Positions 27,238 through 37,603 of a DNA stretch of 64,000 bases are shown piece by piece. A program made the translations under genes and the position numbers. How positions within the stretch are numbered: position 1 is the first letter of the stretch; the number at the start of each line of letters is the position of its first letter. The DNA comes from Thermoleophilia bacterium (GTDB lineage: Bacteria; Actinomycetota; Thermoleophilia; RBG-16-64-13). The notes under the pieces were generated by a model, which saw only the letters and a list, made by a program, of their open reading frames with translations, ran no database searches and was not told the DNA's origin. Location of the stretch: contig JAOAGT010000003.1 of NCBI GenBank assembly GCA_026415615.1, forward strand, positions 103,077 to 167,076, written 5' to 3'.

Positions 27238-27465
27238 CGTTACCCTCTTTCTCGCACCTTGCCCTTTGCGGGGCAAGACCCCCCGGCAGACAGCCTGCGT
27301 TCTATACAGGCTACCGCATCAAAAGTAGCTTCCCCTTATCTACAAGTCCTCAGCTAAGCGCTCCACCTAAAACACCTTTCTCACTGCGCGCTGAGCCAAG
27401 AACTGCAAAAACACAAGCGCAAGGTCGATCAAGAGATTGTTTCGACCGAAATACCGTGCCTCGAT

Positions 27466-27495
27466 ACTTTACTCTTTCGCGAAAGAAAGTGTCAA
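27466..27495 (-). promoter_or_regulatory. Housekeeping-sigma promoter for rny
   Basis: TTGACA-N18-TAAAGT. Confidence 0.65.
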
Positions 27496-27502
27496 GCAAC
27501 AG

Positions 27503-28255
27503 CTAGCGCACGACGTGCTCTTCCGCGGGGCAATCGTCGAGGCCGACAGTGTTTTCCAGCAAGCGAATTACGCTATGCACCATGTCCCAGTCGTGCCCGC
27601 GACGCATTAGAAAGCCAGCGATGCGCCTACTCGTTTTCTCCTTGTCTTGGGCAAAGGCGCGGCCAAACCGGCGCCTCACTTCTTGTATCAGAGGCTCCGG
27701 ACACTCACCAGCAGATTCCTTCCCGGTACCACACTCCTCCGCCATGAGCTCATCCAGAATCTGGTCAGCCAGCTCGGAGCTAATCCCGCGGCGACCGAGC
27801 TCGCCGCGAATCCTTGAGATTCCATACCCTCTCTTGTATTTCTCGAGGGCATAGCGCCGCGCAAACCGTACGTCGTCTAGGTACCCGAGCGACCGGAGCC
27901 AGTCAAGAGTCTCCGCTATGACCGGTGGAGAAAACCCTGCTTGCTGCAGACGTGCTTGTAGTTCCCGGCAACTGCGTTCTCGCGTCTCAAGCAGCCTGAT
28001 AGCCCTCTCGCGCGCTCGCCTGCTTGCATCCTGGGCGATGATGGCGTCAAGCCGTGAGGCCGTAACCTTCTCCCCCACCACCAGCCCGCCTCGCGCCACC
28101 AACTCCGCGTCCAGCTCTGCCCAGATGGCCCCGTCGATGTACACCGCCACACGGCCCGCCCGTCCTTTAATGGGCTCAATGGCAGTAATGGCTCCCTCTT
28201 GTGCAGACATAATGACCCTCGCAGAGGTTGGGGATAGTCCTTCCAGGTCTGACAA
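27503..28255 (-). CDS. recX: Regulatory protein RecX
   Basis: RERS..EL, GYLDDVRFA, ELGRRGI, FLMRRGH; follows recA. Confidence 0.9.
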   Translation of the reverse strand: MSDLEGLSPTSARVIMSAQEGAITAIEPIKGRAGRVAVYIDGAIWAELDAELVARGGLVVGEKVTASRLDAIIAQDASRRARERAIRLLETRERSCRELQARLQQAGFSPPVIAETLDWLRSLGYLDDVRFARRYALEKYKRGYGISRIRGELGRRGISSELADQILDELMAEECGTGKESAGECPEPLIQEVRRRFGRAFAQDKEKTSRRIAGFLMRRGHDWDMVHSVIRLLENTVGLDDCPAEEHVVR

Positions 28256-28348
28256 CCTTCCCTGGGATGAAACCTCCCCTGGGATGGGCGATAGCCAGCG
28301 TCTTGGCGCGCCTTGACGTCAGCCTTCACCGCTTAGGTGCAGGTAACC

Positions 28349-29473
28349 CTATGGACTCTCCTCGGCTCCTATCTCCTCTGCCCTACCAGTCGAAGCCCGG
28401 CCGGCAGTCGAAGGCGCCCCAGCGGCACCGCCCCCTGCAGAACTGGAGGCTGCCCCAGCCGACGCAGAAGCTTCCGCGCTGGAAAACCACTCGGGGTTAA
28501 CCACCCTTATAACCTCTTGCCTCAGTCGCTCCACCAGCTCGGGATTGTCTCTCAGAAACTGGCGCACGTTCTCGCGGCCTTGGCCCAAACGCAAATCCCC
28601 ATACGAAAACCAAGATCCACTCTTCTGCACGATCTTGTGTTCAACGGCCAGGTCGAGCACATCGCCTTCAGCGGAGATTCCCGTGCCGTACATAATGTCA
28701 AATTCAGCTTCTTTAAAGGGAGGCGCCACCTTGTTCTTGACCACCCGCACACGAACCCGGTTGCCTACCGCTTCGTTCCCTTCCTTAAGCGTCTCTAGGC
28801 GTCTTATATCAAGCCGCACCGAAGCATAGAACTTAAGTGCACGCCCACCCGGTGTGACCTCGGGGTTGCCAAACATCACCCCAACTTTCTCCCGCAGCTG
28901 GTTGATGAATACCGCTGCGGTCTGCGTCTTGCTGATTGTGCCCGCAAGCTTGCGAAGAGCCTGGCTCATCAGACGAGCCTGAAGTCCGACATGAGAGTCG
29001 CCCATCTCACCCTCAAGTTCGGCTCGGGGTGTAAGCGCAGCTACTGAGTCGATAACAACTATGTCCAGTGCGCCGCTTCTTATTAGCAGCTCCGTAATCT
29101 CAAGCGCCTGCTCTCCGTTATCCGGCTGTGAAACCAGAAGCTCATCAACATTTACCCCAATTTTGCGGGCGTACCCAGGGTCAAGAGCGTGTTCCGCGTC
29201 AATGAACGCCGCCCTTCCACCTGTCTTTTGCGCCTCGGCGATCATGTGAAGGGCCAACGTGGTCTTACCACTCGATTCGGGACCAAATATCTCGATCACC
29301 CGTCCACGCGGAATACCCCCTACGCCCAAAGCCAGGTCCAAACTGAGCGAACCAGTCGAGATGGTCGACACACGCACAGCGGCCGACTCATCCCCCAACC
29401 GCATAATCGAGCCCTTGCCATACTGCCGCTCAATCTGCAGAACAGCCATCTCTAGGGCCTTATCTTTTTCCAC
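28349..29473 (-). CDS. recA: Recombinase RecA
   Basis: [35 protein letters not shown]. Confidence 0.98.
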   Translation of the reverse strand: MEKDKALEMAVLQIERQYGKGSIMRLGDESAAVRVSTISTGSLSLDLALGVGGIPRGRVIEIFGPESSGKTTLALHMIAEAQKTGGRAAFIDAEHALDPGYARKIGVNVDELLVSQPDNGEQALEITELLIRSGALDIVVIDSVAALTPRAELEGEMGDSHVGLQARLMSQALRKLAGTISKTQTAAVFINQLREKVGVMFGNPEVTPGGRALKFYASVRLDIRRLETLKEGNEAVGNRVRVRVVKNKVAPPFKEAEFDIMYGTGISAEGDVLDLAVEHKIVQKSGSWFSYGDLRLGQGRENVRQFLRDNPELVERLRQEVIRVVNPEWFSSAEASASAGAASSSAGGGAAGAPSTAGRASTGRAEEIGAEESP

Positions 29474-29486
29474 CGCTCCTCCTAAC

Positions 29487-30065
29487 TTACTGCGCCGCCC
29501 CCATCAAAGGCACCCGCTCAACTACCGTATACACAGCCCCGTCTCGGCGCAACTCGCTTCGAAACAGACATACTGACTGTACCGCAAATACTTGCTGGCC
29601 GGAGTCGGACTTTGGTTTGACCATACCAGGAACTTTAAGCCTGGCTATCGTCAAATGTGGCTTAAACGGCCTTTTCTCTCTCTTCATTACCCCGGCCTTT
29701 TCGAGGCCCGACATCACTCGCTCAAACAATTCTACAAAAATCTTGTGCGGGTCACTGATTCCCAAAGCTACTACACGCGCCCTAGCCGAGCTGGGAAAGT
29801 ACAGGAATCCCCCCAGGTCAGCAGTCCCTCCCATGTCCTGAGGCACACTGCGGACCACCTCCCGCGCTGCAAGCGCCTTTTGGGGACCAACCTCACCGAT
29901 AAAAGCCAAAGTTACGTGAAACTGATCCTCGCGCATGAGTCTAAGGCCACTCATCGGGGGAAGAAGAGCCTGCGCAGTCCGCACAAATGAGAACAGCTCC
30001 TCCGGCACAGGCACAGCCACAAATAAGCGCTCGAGCGCCACGCCTCCCAACTCGTCTGTTACCAC
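29487..30065 (-). CDS. thpR: RNA 2',3'-cyclic phosphodiesterase (2H family)
   Basis: [21 protein letters not shown]. Confidence 0.9.
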   Translation of the reverse strand: MVTDELGGVALERLFVAVPVPEELFSFVRTAQALLPPMSGLRLMREDQFHVTLAFIGEVGPQKALAAREVVRSVPQDMGGTADLGGFLYFPSSARARVVALGISDPHKIFVELFERVMSGLEKAGVMKREKRPFKPHLTIARLKVPGMVKPKSDSGQQVFAVQSVCLFRSELRRDGAVYTVVERVPLMGAAQ

Positions 30066-30166
30066 CGCGCCCCTCCTGGTGCCTTCCTAACGGCTTTGAG
30101 ACCCTCCATCTTCGGCTGCCCGCTCGTCTGCCGACGTTCGGCGTGAGCAGTTCGTGGAGTAAAGTC

Positions 30167-30778
30167 TTACTTAAGTTTCTCTACCCGCACTGCCTCGGAA
30201 AAACGTCCACGAAGCTTGGGCCACGCTCTCACAAAATAGTCAACACCGCTCACTACAGTAAGCACTAACATGAGAAGCACCACATACCAACTAATGCGCT
30301 GCCCTCCGACTGTCCAGTCCGGCTTTAGCCAATGTGGCTCCACGATCAGACAAGCAATTGCCAGAATCTGACTTGCCGTCTTAGTCTTGCCCCAACGGCT
30401 TGCCGAAATCACTTGGTTCTGAGCGGCCGCTATCATCCTAAGCCCCGATACCGCCAACTCCCTCGCGATCACCACCATAGCAACCCACGCGGACAGCTTT
30501 CCCAACTGGACGAGGCTCACAAGAGCCGCTGTCACCAACAACTTGTCAGCCAATGGGTCAAGAAAAGCTCCCACCATACTCGTCTGCCGCCACCGCCGAG
30601 CCAAGAAGCCGTCCACAAAGTCGCTGGCCGCGGCAGCGAGAAAAACTACCAGGGCCACTACGTCGCTTCCTCTAATGTGCACGAGTAGAAAAACCATGAG
30701 CAGAGGCACCATCGCTACTCGAAACAAAGTGATGGCGTTGGGCAGGTTAGGATGCACTACACGTAGCCACCAGGTCAT
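30167..30778 (-). CDS. pgsA: CDP-diacylglycerol--glycerol-3-phosphate 3-phosphatidyltransferase
   Basis: NLPNAITLFR, DFVDGFLAR, GAFLDPLADK; start uncertain. Confidence 0.93.
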   Translation of the reverse strand: MTWWLRVVHPNLPNAITLFRVAMVPLLMVFLLVHIRGSDVVALVVFLAAAASDFVDGFLARRWRQTSMVGAFLDPLADKLLVTAALVSLVQLGKLSAWVAMVVIARELAVSGLRMIAAAQNQVISASRWGKTKTASQILAIACLIVEPHWLKPDWTVGGQRISWYVVLLMLVLTVVSGVDYFVRAWPKLRGRFSEAVRVEKLK

Positions 30779-32102
30779 ATCCTGCCACCTCCTCCACCCA
30801 GGCATCTACAACATCCCCCACTTGCACGCCCCTCTTGGCAGCACCTTCAAGATAAGTCACTCCGTCAATCTCGGGAGCCTGCCCCATAGTACGACCAATA
30901 GCCCAAACCCCCTCCGGTAAGTCCGGGCCGGAAGTCACATCAAGCATGACCGACACTCGAGTGCCCACCAGCTGCAAACGGCGACGCAAGCTGCTTTCCT
31001 CCAAGACAGCTGTGAGCTGGTTGAGCCTTCTTATGGCTATGGTTCGTTTTACTCGTGGTCTAAGCTTGGCAGCTGCTGTGCCTTCTTCTGGACTGTAAAC
31101 AAACCCTCCCGCGTAATCAAATTGAGCCTGCGTCACGAATGCAAGCAGCTCTTCGAAATGCTCTTCGGTCTCTCCAGGGAACCCGACAATGAACGTAGAG
31201 CGAAAAACGGCATCCGGCGCTATCTTCTTTATCTCCTGGAGCAGTGCCAAGTTCTTCGCCCCGCTCCCCGGACGCCCCATTGCCTCGAGAATCTGGGGGT
31301 GAGAGTGCTGAAAAGGAAGATCAAAATAGCGACACCACTTCGGCTCTGCAACAAGACGCTCAACCAGCGAAAGACTCACCTGCTCCGGTTGTAGGTACAT
31401 CGTTCTTATCCAGGTTGTGCGCTCATCCCTCGCAAGCAAACGAACCAAGTCCGCCAAATCCAGGTTACCATCGCGCCATATAGCGGTGTTCTGGCCCACT
31501 AGTATGAGTTCACGCGCACCCTCGGCAAGACAAGCGTCTGCTTCAGCCAGTATCGCCTCTGCAGGCAGGGCCTTATATGGCCCCTTGATCAGAGGTATGG
31601 CGCAGAACGTGCAAGGTTCATCGCAACCGTCTGAGATCTTAAGATATGCGTATGACCGACCGAGTCGAAGATCGTGTCTCGCGGCAATATCCTCTGTAGC
31701 GCTCGGTTCTTCACCCTGTGTCAGCCCTTCTTCGCCTACACCTAGAGCGGCAAGCAATTCGGTCAAACTGACTTGATCAAGAAGACCAAACCAAGCAGAA
31801 ACCTCGGGAATCTCCTTTTCGAGTTCACTTCTGTAACGCTGCACCAAACACCCTGCCACAACAACCTTCTTCCCAGGGTAATCCATGGCAGCATCAAGGA
31901 TCGCAGCAATCGACTCTTCTTTGGCATCCCTGATGAACCCGCAGGTGTTAATGAAGATGTGAGTCGCGTTCTCCGGATCTTCTACTACCTGGACGCCTGC
32001 TCTCGCCAATGTCCGACGCAAACGCCACGAATCCGCTTCGTTCTTGGGACATCCCAAGGTACACATATAGACCCTGGAAACGGAGGTAGAAGGCACGATC
32101 AT
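30747..32102 (-). CDS. rimO: Ribosomal protein S12 methylthiotransferase RimO
   Basis: LGCPKN, NTCGFI, CDEPCTFCAIP, APEIDG. Confidence 0.94.
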   Translation of the reverse strand: MIVPSTSVSRVYMCTLGCPKNEADSWRLRRTLARAGVQVVEDPENATHIFINTCGFIRDAKEESIAAILDAAMDYPGKKVVVAGCLVQRYRSELEKEIPEVSAWFGLLDQVSLTELLAALGVGEEGLTQGEEPSATEDIAARHDLRLGRSYAYLKISDGCDEPCTFCAIPLIKGPYKALPAEAILAEADACLAEGARELILVGQNTAIWRDGNLDLADLVRLLARDERTTWIRTMYLQPEQVSLSLVERLVAEPKWCRYFDLPFQHSHPQILEAMGRPGSGAKNLALLQEIKKIAPDAVFRSTFIVGFPGETEEHFEELLAFVTQAQFDYAGGFVYSPEEGTAAAKLRPRVKRTIAIRRLNQLTAVLEESSLRRRLQLVGTRVSVMLDVTSGPDLPEGVWAIGRTMGQAPEIDGVTYLEGAAKRGVQVGDVVDAWVEEVAGYDLVATCSAS

Positions 32103-32103
32103 T

Positions 32104-32931
32104 CTACTTTGCCGGTTTTACCCCAGCTGCGGTAACAAGATAGAAATGTTCATTCTTGTCGAGCGAGAAGGGCGCACCGTTTACCATGAGCACAAGGACC
32201 GATGGCTCTCCCACATGCAGCCAGTAGCCTTTGGCGCTGTTGAAGGTCTGCTCGCCGCCAGCAGACAACGTTCCCGCGTAGAGCTCAGCCCCGTTCTCAT
32301 TGTCTTCCCGCACCACCATCCAGCAGCTCCCCTGGGTCACGTTCACGGTAAGGACCACGTTCTCACTGCTCGAGACAGGCCGCGACAGGAGTGTCGTTGT
32401 AGTTGCGGCAAGCGAAGAGCTAGTTGTCGTACCGGATCCAGGGGCAAGAGTAGTGGCCACCGTCGTGCCCGTAGCGTTCGGAAATGTGGCCTCCTCTAGG
32501 GTGGAACCCCCTTCCCTTCCTCTTCCGGAGCCCAGCCAGGCAAGGAGGACCACCGCTATCACTGCCAGCAGTCCCACCAGGAAATATCCGCGCTGGCGTT
32601 GCCTGCCAGCAGACCTAGCTTTGCGAGCCGCCGACCGAGAGGTCGGAGGTGGAACAACAGCAGCCCGCTTAGGTAGCCTGCTATCTTCTGCCTTCTCGGG
32701 CTCATAGCGCCGACGATATTCTTCTAGCAGGTCATCGGCGTTTAGTCTTAGAAAAGAAGCATATGTTCGCAAAAACGCCTTTGCGAATACCGGTCCAGGC
32801 AAGGCCTCGAAGTCTTCGTCCTCGAGTGCTTGCAAGTACCGCCCCCGAATCTTCGTGGCGTCCTCTACGTCGCGTATGGTGAGGCCCCTCTTGATGCGAG
32901 CCTCGCGGAGAGTGTCACCAATACCTGTCAC
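32104..32931 (-). CDS. rodZ: RodZ-like HTH/TM/DUF4115 protein
   Basis: GDTLREAR..TKIR..YLQALE HTH, TM helix, Thr linker, C-terminal beta domain. Confidence 0.85.
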   Translation of the reverse strand: MTGIGDTLREARIKRGLTIRDVEDATKIRGRYLQALEDEDFEALPGPVFAKAFLRTYASFLRLNADDLLEEYRRRYEPEKAEDSRLPKRAAVVPPPTSRSAARKARSAGRQRQRGYFLVGLLAVIAVVLLAWLGSGRGREGGSTLEEATFPNATGTTVATTLAPGSGTTTSSSLAATTTTLLSRPVSSSENVVLTVNVTQGSCWMVVREDNENGAELYAGTLSAGGEQTFNSAKGYWLHVGEPSVLVLMVNGAPFSLDKNEHFYLVTAAGVKPAK

Positions 32932-33112
32932 AAGACCGCTCTTGTCTAGCGAAAGCCCCCTGCTTGCGTGGTGCGGCTAAATCTATCACCCCTCACAACT
33001 ATAGCCAAGGAAAGCGTATGTAACCTTCTCTGCGTTCCGGGGGTATGCCGCTGTAGCCCCGTGCGATATAGCCAAGTGGATGTGGTTTTGGATCGTGGAA
33101 AACTTAATTGGC

Positions 33113-35854
33113 TTATTCGGGCTCTCTTCTTGCTGGCGACTTTTGTTCCGACTCCAGCCGAGCAACCACCTGATCCACTTCCTCAGGTAACACAAGAATC
33201 TGGCGCGGTTTACTTCCCTCCCAGGGACCAACAATACCCCGACGTTCAAGCATGTCGATCAACCGGCCTGCCCGTGTGTATCCCACACGCAAACGTCGCT
33301 GGAGCATGGAAACTGAGGCGTTGCCAGTCTCGATAACCAACCGAGCAGCTTCGGGAAGCAGATCGTCAGCGTCTGGATCGAAAAGATCCTCCTCGCGCCG
33401 CCGGTCTTCCTCTGGCCGGCGCAAAAGCTCTTCGCGGAACTCGGGTTCTGCTTGCCGCCGCCAATGCGCTACCAGAATAGCGATTTCTTCCTCAGTGATC
33501 AGCGCCCCTTGGACGCGCTGCATATGGGAAGAACCCAGGGGTTTGAAGAGCATGTCGCCTGCTCCAAGCAGGGTCTCCGCCCCGTTGGCGTCAAGAATAA
33601 CCCGCGAATCTACCTGGCTAGAAACAGCAAAAGCGATGCGCGAAGGAATATTAGCTTTGATCATGCCGGTAATCACATCGGCAGAAGGCCGCTGGGTGGC
33701 AACCACCAGATGAATGCCCACTGCTCGCGCCTTCTGGGCAATGCGAATAACATAGTCTTCCACCTCTTGAGGCGACGTCATCATCAGATCAGCAAGCTCA
33801 TCTATCACTATGAGAATGTACGGAAGCGGGCGCTCCCCTCGTCTTGCCCGGGCCTTGTTTAACTCAGGAAGACTACGTGCGTGGTCAAGCTCCATCAGCT
33901 CATAGCGGTCTTCCATTTCTTTTACCACGTTATGGAGCACCCCCGCCGCGTCTTTCATATTCGTAACCACTGGCACCAAAAGATGCGGGATGCGGTCGTA
34001 ATGGGACAGCTCCACCTTCTTGGGGTCGATCATGATCATGCGCACCTCGTCAGGTGTGGCCCGCAAGAGAATCGAGGAAACGATGCAGTTTACACACCCA
34101 CTCTTTCCCGATCCCGTGGTACCCGCGATAAGCAGGTGAGGCAGTCGGGTAAGGTCGGCGTACACCGGCTTCCCGGAGATGTCCTTACCCAACCAGAACA
34201 TGAGCGGCCCAGCCGAGCGAGGGAAGTCTTGGTAAATGTCGCCCAGGGTTACCCACCGGGCCTCCAAGTTCGGAATCTCCACCCCCACAGCAGATTTGCC
34301 TGGAATGGGGGTAAGGATCCTGATGTCCGTTGTAGCCAGAGCATAGGCCAGGTCGTCCTTTAGCGCCGAAACTTTAGCTACTTTGGTTCCTGGGGCTAGC
34401 TGAAGTTCGTAGCGAGTCACCCGCGGGCCCACAACCATGCCCACCACTCTAGCCTCCACCCCAAACTGGGCAAGCGCATTAACCAGCACGGCAGCGCGCT
34501 CGCGTTGACTGGCGCCGTCGTTGGCCGAGACCCCTGGACTCTTTTGCAGCATATATGGTTCTGGGAGCACCCATACCGGCCTGGCAGGCTTGTCCACCGC
34601 CTGAGTCAGGGTCTGTTCGAGCCCAGGTATGGCCTGTTGCTGATCCGCAACTTCCTGTGTGCTTGCTTCTTTTTCGGTGTGACCCGACAAGACACCCGCG
34701 CCATGTTCCGCTTCGACCTCGGGCTGGCCTGGGCCGCTGACACTCACGTCAGAGCCGCCGCCCGCCTCACCCGCATGCGCCAAACTCGCACCCGGTACAC
34801 CTGTGGCTAAGCTGGACTGACCCTTGCCGGCCGACAAAGAGCTCTGCCCAGAAGAAGCAAAGAGGTCCGCAAAAACCCGGGCTCCGTCTATGACTTGCGG
34901 CGCGCTTCGCAAAGCTCCCTGGGTAGATAGAGGTCGTGTCGTGCTTTCCCGAGTGCCTAACCAATCATCAAAGGCTTTAGCAGAGGGTACGTTCTCTTTG
35001 TTATCTTTGCTGCCTAACGAGAGAGCTTTTTCCTCTGCACCCCACAGTATCTCGGAGCTAGACGTATTCGCGAGGTCAAGGCCGCTCCCGGACACGTTTG
35101 TGGCCCAGGGCCAATCGTCGGGGGACTGCGCCCAAAGGTCAGCTTCGTTTGTCGGGGAAGTTCCCCGCCGAGCTGCCGCCCTGACCGTGGCAGCTGCTTG
35201 TCGAGCGCGCATGCTTATCCAAAGACCGGTGATCCCAGTAGAAAGAACAAACCCCGCTAGCAAGGCAATCCAGGATATTATCCCGACCCCGACTGTGCCC
35301 GTGAGCCCATGAACCGCGGCGTATAAAGCCTCACCCAGACCGCCGGCCCGCTTCTCAAAGAGATGCCTGACAAATAGAGCCTCCCCATGTTCTCCCACCG
35401 GCGGAGCCGCCCCCGCTACAAAGAGAAAAAGACCAAACAATAGCAAACACACTCCGGCGACACGGGAACGCCGCATCCGCACTCCAAAGACCAGCCGAGC
35501 ACTGAGAGCAAGTAGAGCTACGGGGACCAAGTAGGCCAGCCACCCGAACGCAAACACAAGTCCCGCCCTAACACCACGCCCCAGTATTCCCGCACTTTCG
35601 CTAGCGATAAGAGCAAAAAGCAGGAAGGCCGCAATCCCCAGCGAGACAAGCGCTCCTATCTCGCGGAAGTGCTGAGACCTGCCAGCTCGAACAGAGCGGG
35701 ACTTGGGGCGCGCGCCGGCGCGCTTCTTGTCCATCGGCGCCGGCGCGCGCCTGGTTCTTTCCAAACGAGCTACTTCACTCCCGCGCTCGCCAAGACTTGC
35801 CCCGCTTTGCTTTGTCGCCGCGCGGCTCTTGCTGGGTTTGGTCCGAGAAGGCAT
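33113..35854 (-). CDS. ftsK: DNA translocase FtsK
   Basis: N-terminal TM domain, PHLLIAGTTGSGKS, IDELADLM, ATQRPS, gamma domain LQRRLRVGY.RA. Confidence 0.97.
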   Translation of the reverse strand: MPSRTKPSKSRAATKQSGASLGERGSEVARLERTRRAPAPMDKKRAGARPKSRSVRAGRSQHFREIGALVSLGIAAFLLFALIASESAGILGRGVRAGLVFAFGWLAYLVPVALLALSARLVFGVRMRRSRVAGVCLLLFGLFLFVAGAAPPVGEHGEALFVRHLFEKRAGGLGEALYAAVHGLTGTVGVGIISWIALLAGFVLSTGITGLWISMRARQAAATVRAAARRGTSPTNEADLWAQSPDDWPWATNVSGSGLDLANTSSSEILWGAEEKALSLGSKDNKENVPSAKAFDDWLGTRESTTRPLSTQGALRSAPQVIDGARVFADLFASSGQSSLSAGKGQSSLATGVPGASLAHAGEAGGGSDVSVSGPGQPEVEAEHGAGVLSGHTEKEASTQEVADQQQAIPGLEQTLTQAVDKPARPVWVLPEPYMLQKSPGVSANDGASQRERAAVLVNALAQFGVEARVVGMVVGPRVTRYELQLAPGTKVAKVSALKDDLAYALATTDIRILTPIPGKSAVGVEIPNLEARWVTLGDIYQDFPRSAGPLMFWLGKDISGKPVYADLTRLPHLLIAGTTGSGKSGCVNCIVSSILLRATPDEVRMIMIDPKKVELSHYDRIPHLLVPVVTNMKDAAGVLHNVVKEMEDRYELMELDHARSLPELNKARARRGERPLPYILIVIDELADLMMTSPQEVEDYVIRIAQKARAVGIHLVVATQRPSADVITGMIKANIPSRIAFAVSSQVDSRVILDANGAETLLGAGDMLFKPLGSSHMQRVQGALITEEEIAILVAHWRRQAEPEFREELLRRPEEDRRREEDLFDPDADDLLPEAARLVIETGNASVSMLQRRLRVGYTRAGRLIDMLERRGIVGPWEGSKPRQILVLPEEVDQVVARLESEQKSPARREPE

Positions 35855-35867
35855 CGGCAGCCCCCTA

Positions 35868-37529
35868 CTAGACTTCAACAATCACGGGCAGCACCATTGG
35901 TCGCCGGTTGGCCTCACGACGCAGGAACTTCTGCAGAACGTCATGGACGTGATTTTTCAGCAGCGCTACGTCCTCCACCTGACGCATTTCCTCGCTTTCC
36001 AAGGATTCAACGACTACCTCCCTAGCCCTGCGAGAGAGTTCGTCGATATCCCCCGGGTAGGCAAAACCGCGAAATACGACCTCTGGTTCTCCTAGAACCG
36101 TGCCTTCCTGAGCGCTTCGCACAACTACCACCATCACCAGTCCATCGGTGGCAAGATGCTGCCGGTCTCGCAACACAAGTTCCTGGGTATCTCCCATCGC
36201 AAAGCCGTCAACCAAGATCATGCCAGCCCGTACGCGGCCGCTAACCCAAGCACGGTCAGACCTAAGTTCAAGCACATCGCCGTTCTCGAGAAGAAAGATG
36301 TTCTCCTCAGGAATGCCCACCTCCTGGGCAATCTCGGAGTGGAAATAGAGATGACGATGCTCTCCGTGGATGGGCACGAAGTACTTAGGGCGCACCAGAT
36401 TAAGCATAACTTTTAGTTCCTCGGTAGCCGCGTGCCCGGAGACATGCACCCCGGCTTGCATACCGTATATCACTCGCGCGCCCGCGGCAAACAGGCGATC
36501 AATGGTCCTGTAGACGCTGCTCTCGTTTCCAGGAACAGGTCGAGCCGAGATGATTACCGTATCGCCTTTGATTATCTCCACTGTAGGATGATCACGTGCA
36601 GCAATACGGGCAAGAGCCGAGAGCGGTTCGCCTTGACTCCCTGTACACAGAACCACCACACGCTGCGGTGGGAGATAGTTGATTTCAGATGGGCGAACAA
36701 TGAGCCCGTCTGGAACCCGGAGATAGCCCAGGTTGGCAGCAATGTTCACGTTCTTGACCATACTCCGGCCCACAATGGCCACCGATCTTCCATGACGGGC
36801 AGCGGTGTCAAGAACTTGCTGGATTCGGTGAATGTGACTGGCAAAGGATGCGATGATTATCCTCCCGGGAGCTAGAGCAAAGATGCTGTTTAACTTCTCA
36901 CCCACACTCCGCTCCGGCCCCGTGAACCCAGGAGTGTCAGCGTTAGTACTGTCGGAAAGCAGGAGCAAGACGCCCTTTCTACCCAGCTCAGCAAAACGCT
37001 GGATAGCGGTGGGACGACCATCAATGGGAGCCTGGTCAAGCTTGAAGTCCCCAGAGTGTACGACAGTCCCTACCGGCGTATGGATACCTAAACCGACCCC
37101 GTCAGGAATGCTGTGCGAGACTTCTAGAAACTCCAGCCTAAATGGCCCCAGACGGAGATCCTTTTCGGTGGTGATCTCATTAAGAGACACCTTGCCCTGA
37201 AGTCCATGCTCCCCCAGCTTGGAGTTAATGAGACCGAGGGTCAGCCTCGTGCCGTATACAGGCACATTTACCTCGCGCAAAAGGTAGGGCAAAGCGCCCA
37301 CATGATCCTCGTGTCCATGGGTGACTACTATGCCTGCTACTCGCTCACGGTTCTCAACCACATAAGAGAAATCCGGCAACACAAGATCGATGCCGAGCAT
37401 CTCGTCGTCGGGGAACATCAGACCAGTGTCCACCACCAGCAAGGTATCACCGTATTCAAACACGGTCATGTTCTTGCCGATAGCTCCCAGACCACCCAGA
37501 GGTATAACTTTTAGAGATTTCTCCGACAT
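35868..37529 (-). CDS. rnj: Ribonuclease J
   Basis: PLGGLG.IGKNM, THGHEDH, HSIPD, HVSGH, PIHGE. Confidence 0.96.
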   Translation of the reverse strand: MSEKSLKVIPLGGLGAIGKNMTVFEYGDTLLVVDTGLMFPDDEMLGIDLVLPDFSYVVENRERVAGIVVTHGHEDHVGALPYLLREVNVPVYGTRLTLGLINSKLGEHGLQGKVSLNEITTEKDLRLGPFRLEFLEVSHSIPDGVGLGIHTPVGTVVHSGDFKLDQAPIDGRPTAIQRFAELGRKGVLLLLSDSTNADTPGFTGPERSVGEKLNSIFALAPGRIIIASFASHIHRIQQVLDTAARHGRSVAIVGRSMVKNVNIAANLGYLRVPDGLIVRPSEINYLPPQRVVVLCTGSQGEPLSALARIAARDHPTVEIIKGDTVIISARPVPGNESSVYRTIDRLFAAGARVIYGMQAGVHVSGHAATEELKVMLNLVRPKYFVPIHGEHRHLYFHSEIAQEVGIPEENIFLLENGDVLELRSDRAWVSGRVRAGMILVDGFAMGDTQELVLRDRQHLATDGLVMVVVVRSAQEGTVLGEPEVVFRGFAYPGDIDELSRRAREVVVESLESEEMRQVEDVALLKNHVHDVLQKFLRREANRRPMVLPVIVEV

Positions 37530-37603
37530 AGATGACACAACAAGAGGAAGTCCCGGTCTTTGGTCCGCGACTCCCTATCGGATCTAGAAGTCGTTGGATT
37601 CCT

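Noticed and set aside
29474-30166. LexA (SOS) box upstream of recA
   Set aside because: No GAAC-N4-GTTC match was found by eye.
32932-33112. Possible sRNA between ftsK and rodZ (TATAGCCAAG occurs twice)
   Set aside because: Only a 10-bp repeat, with no convincing fold or terminator.
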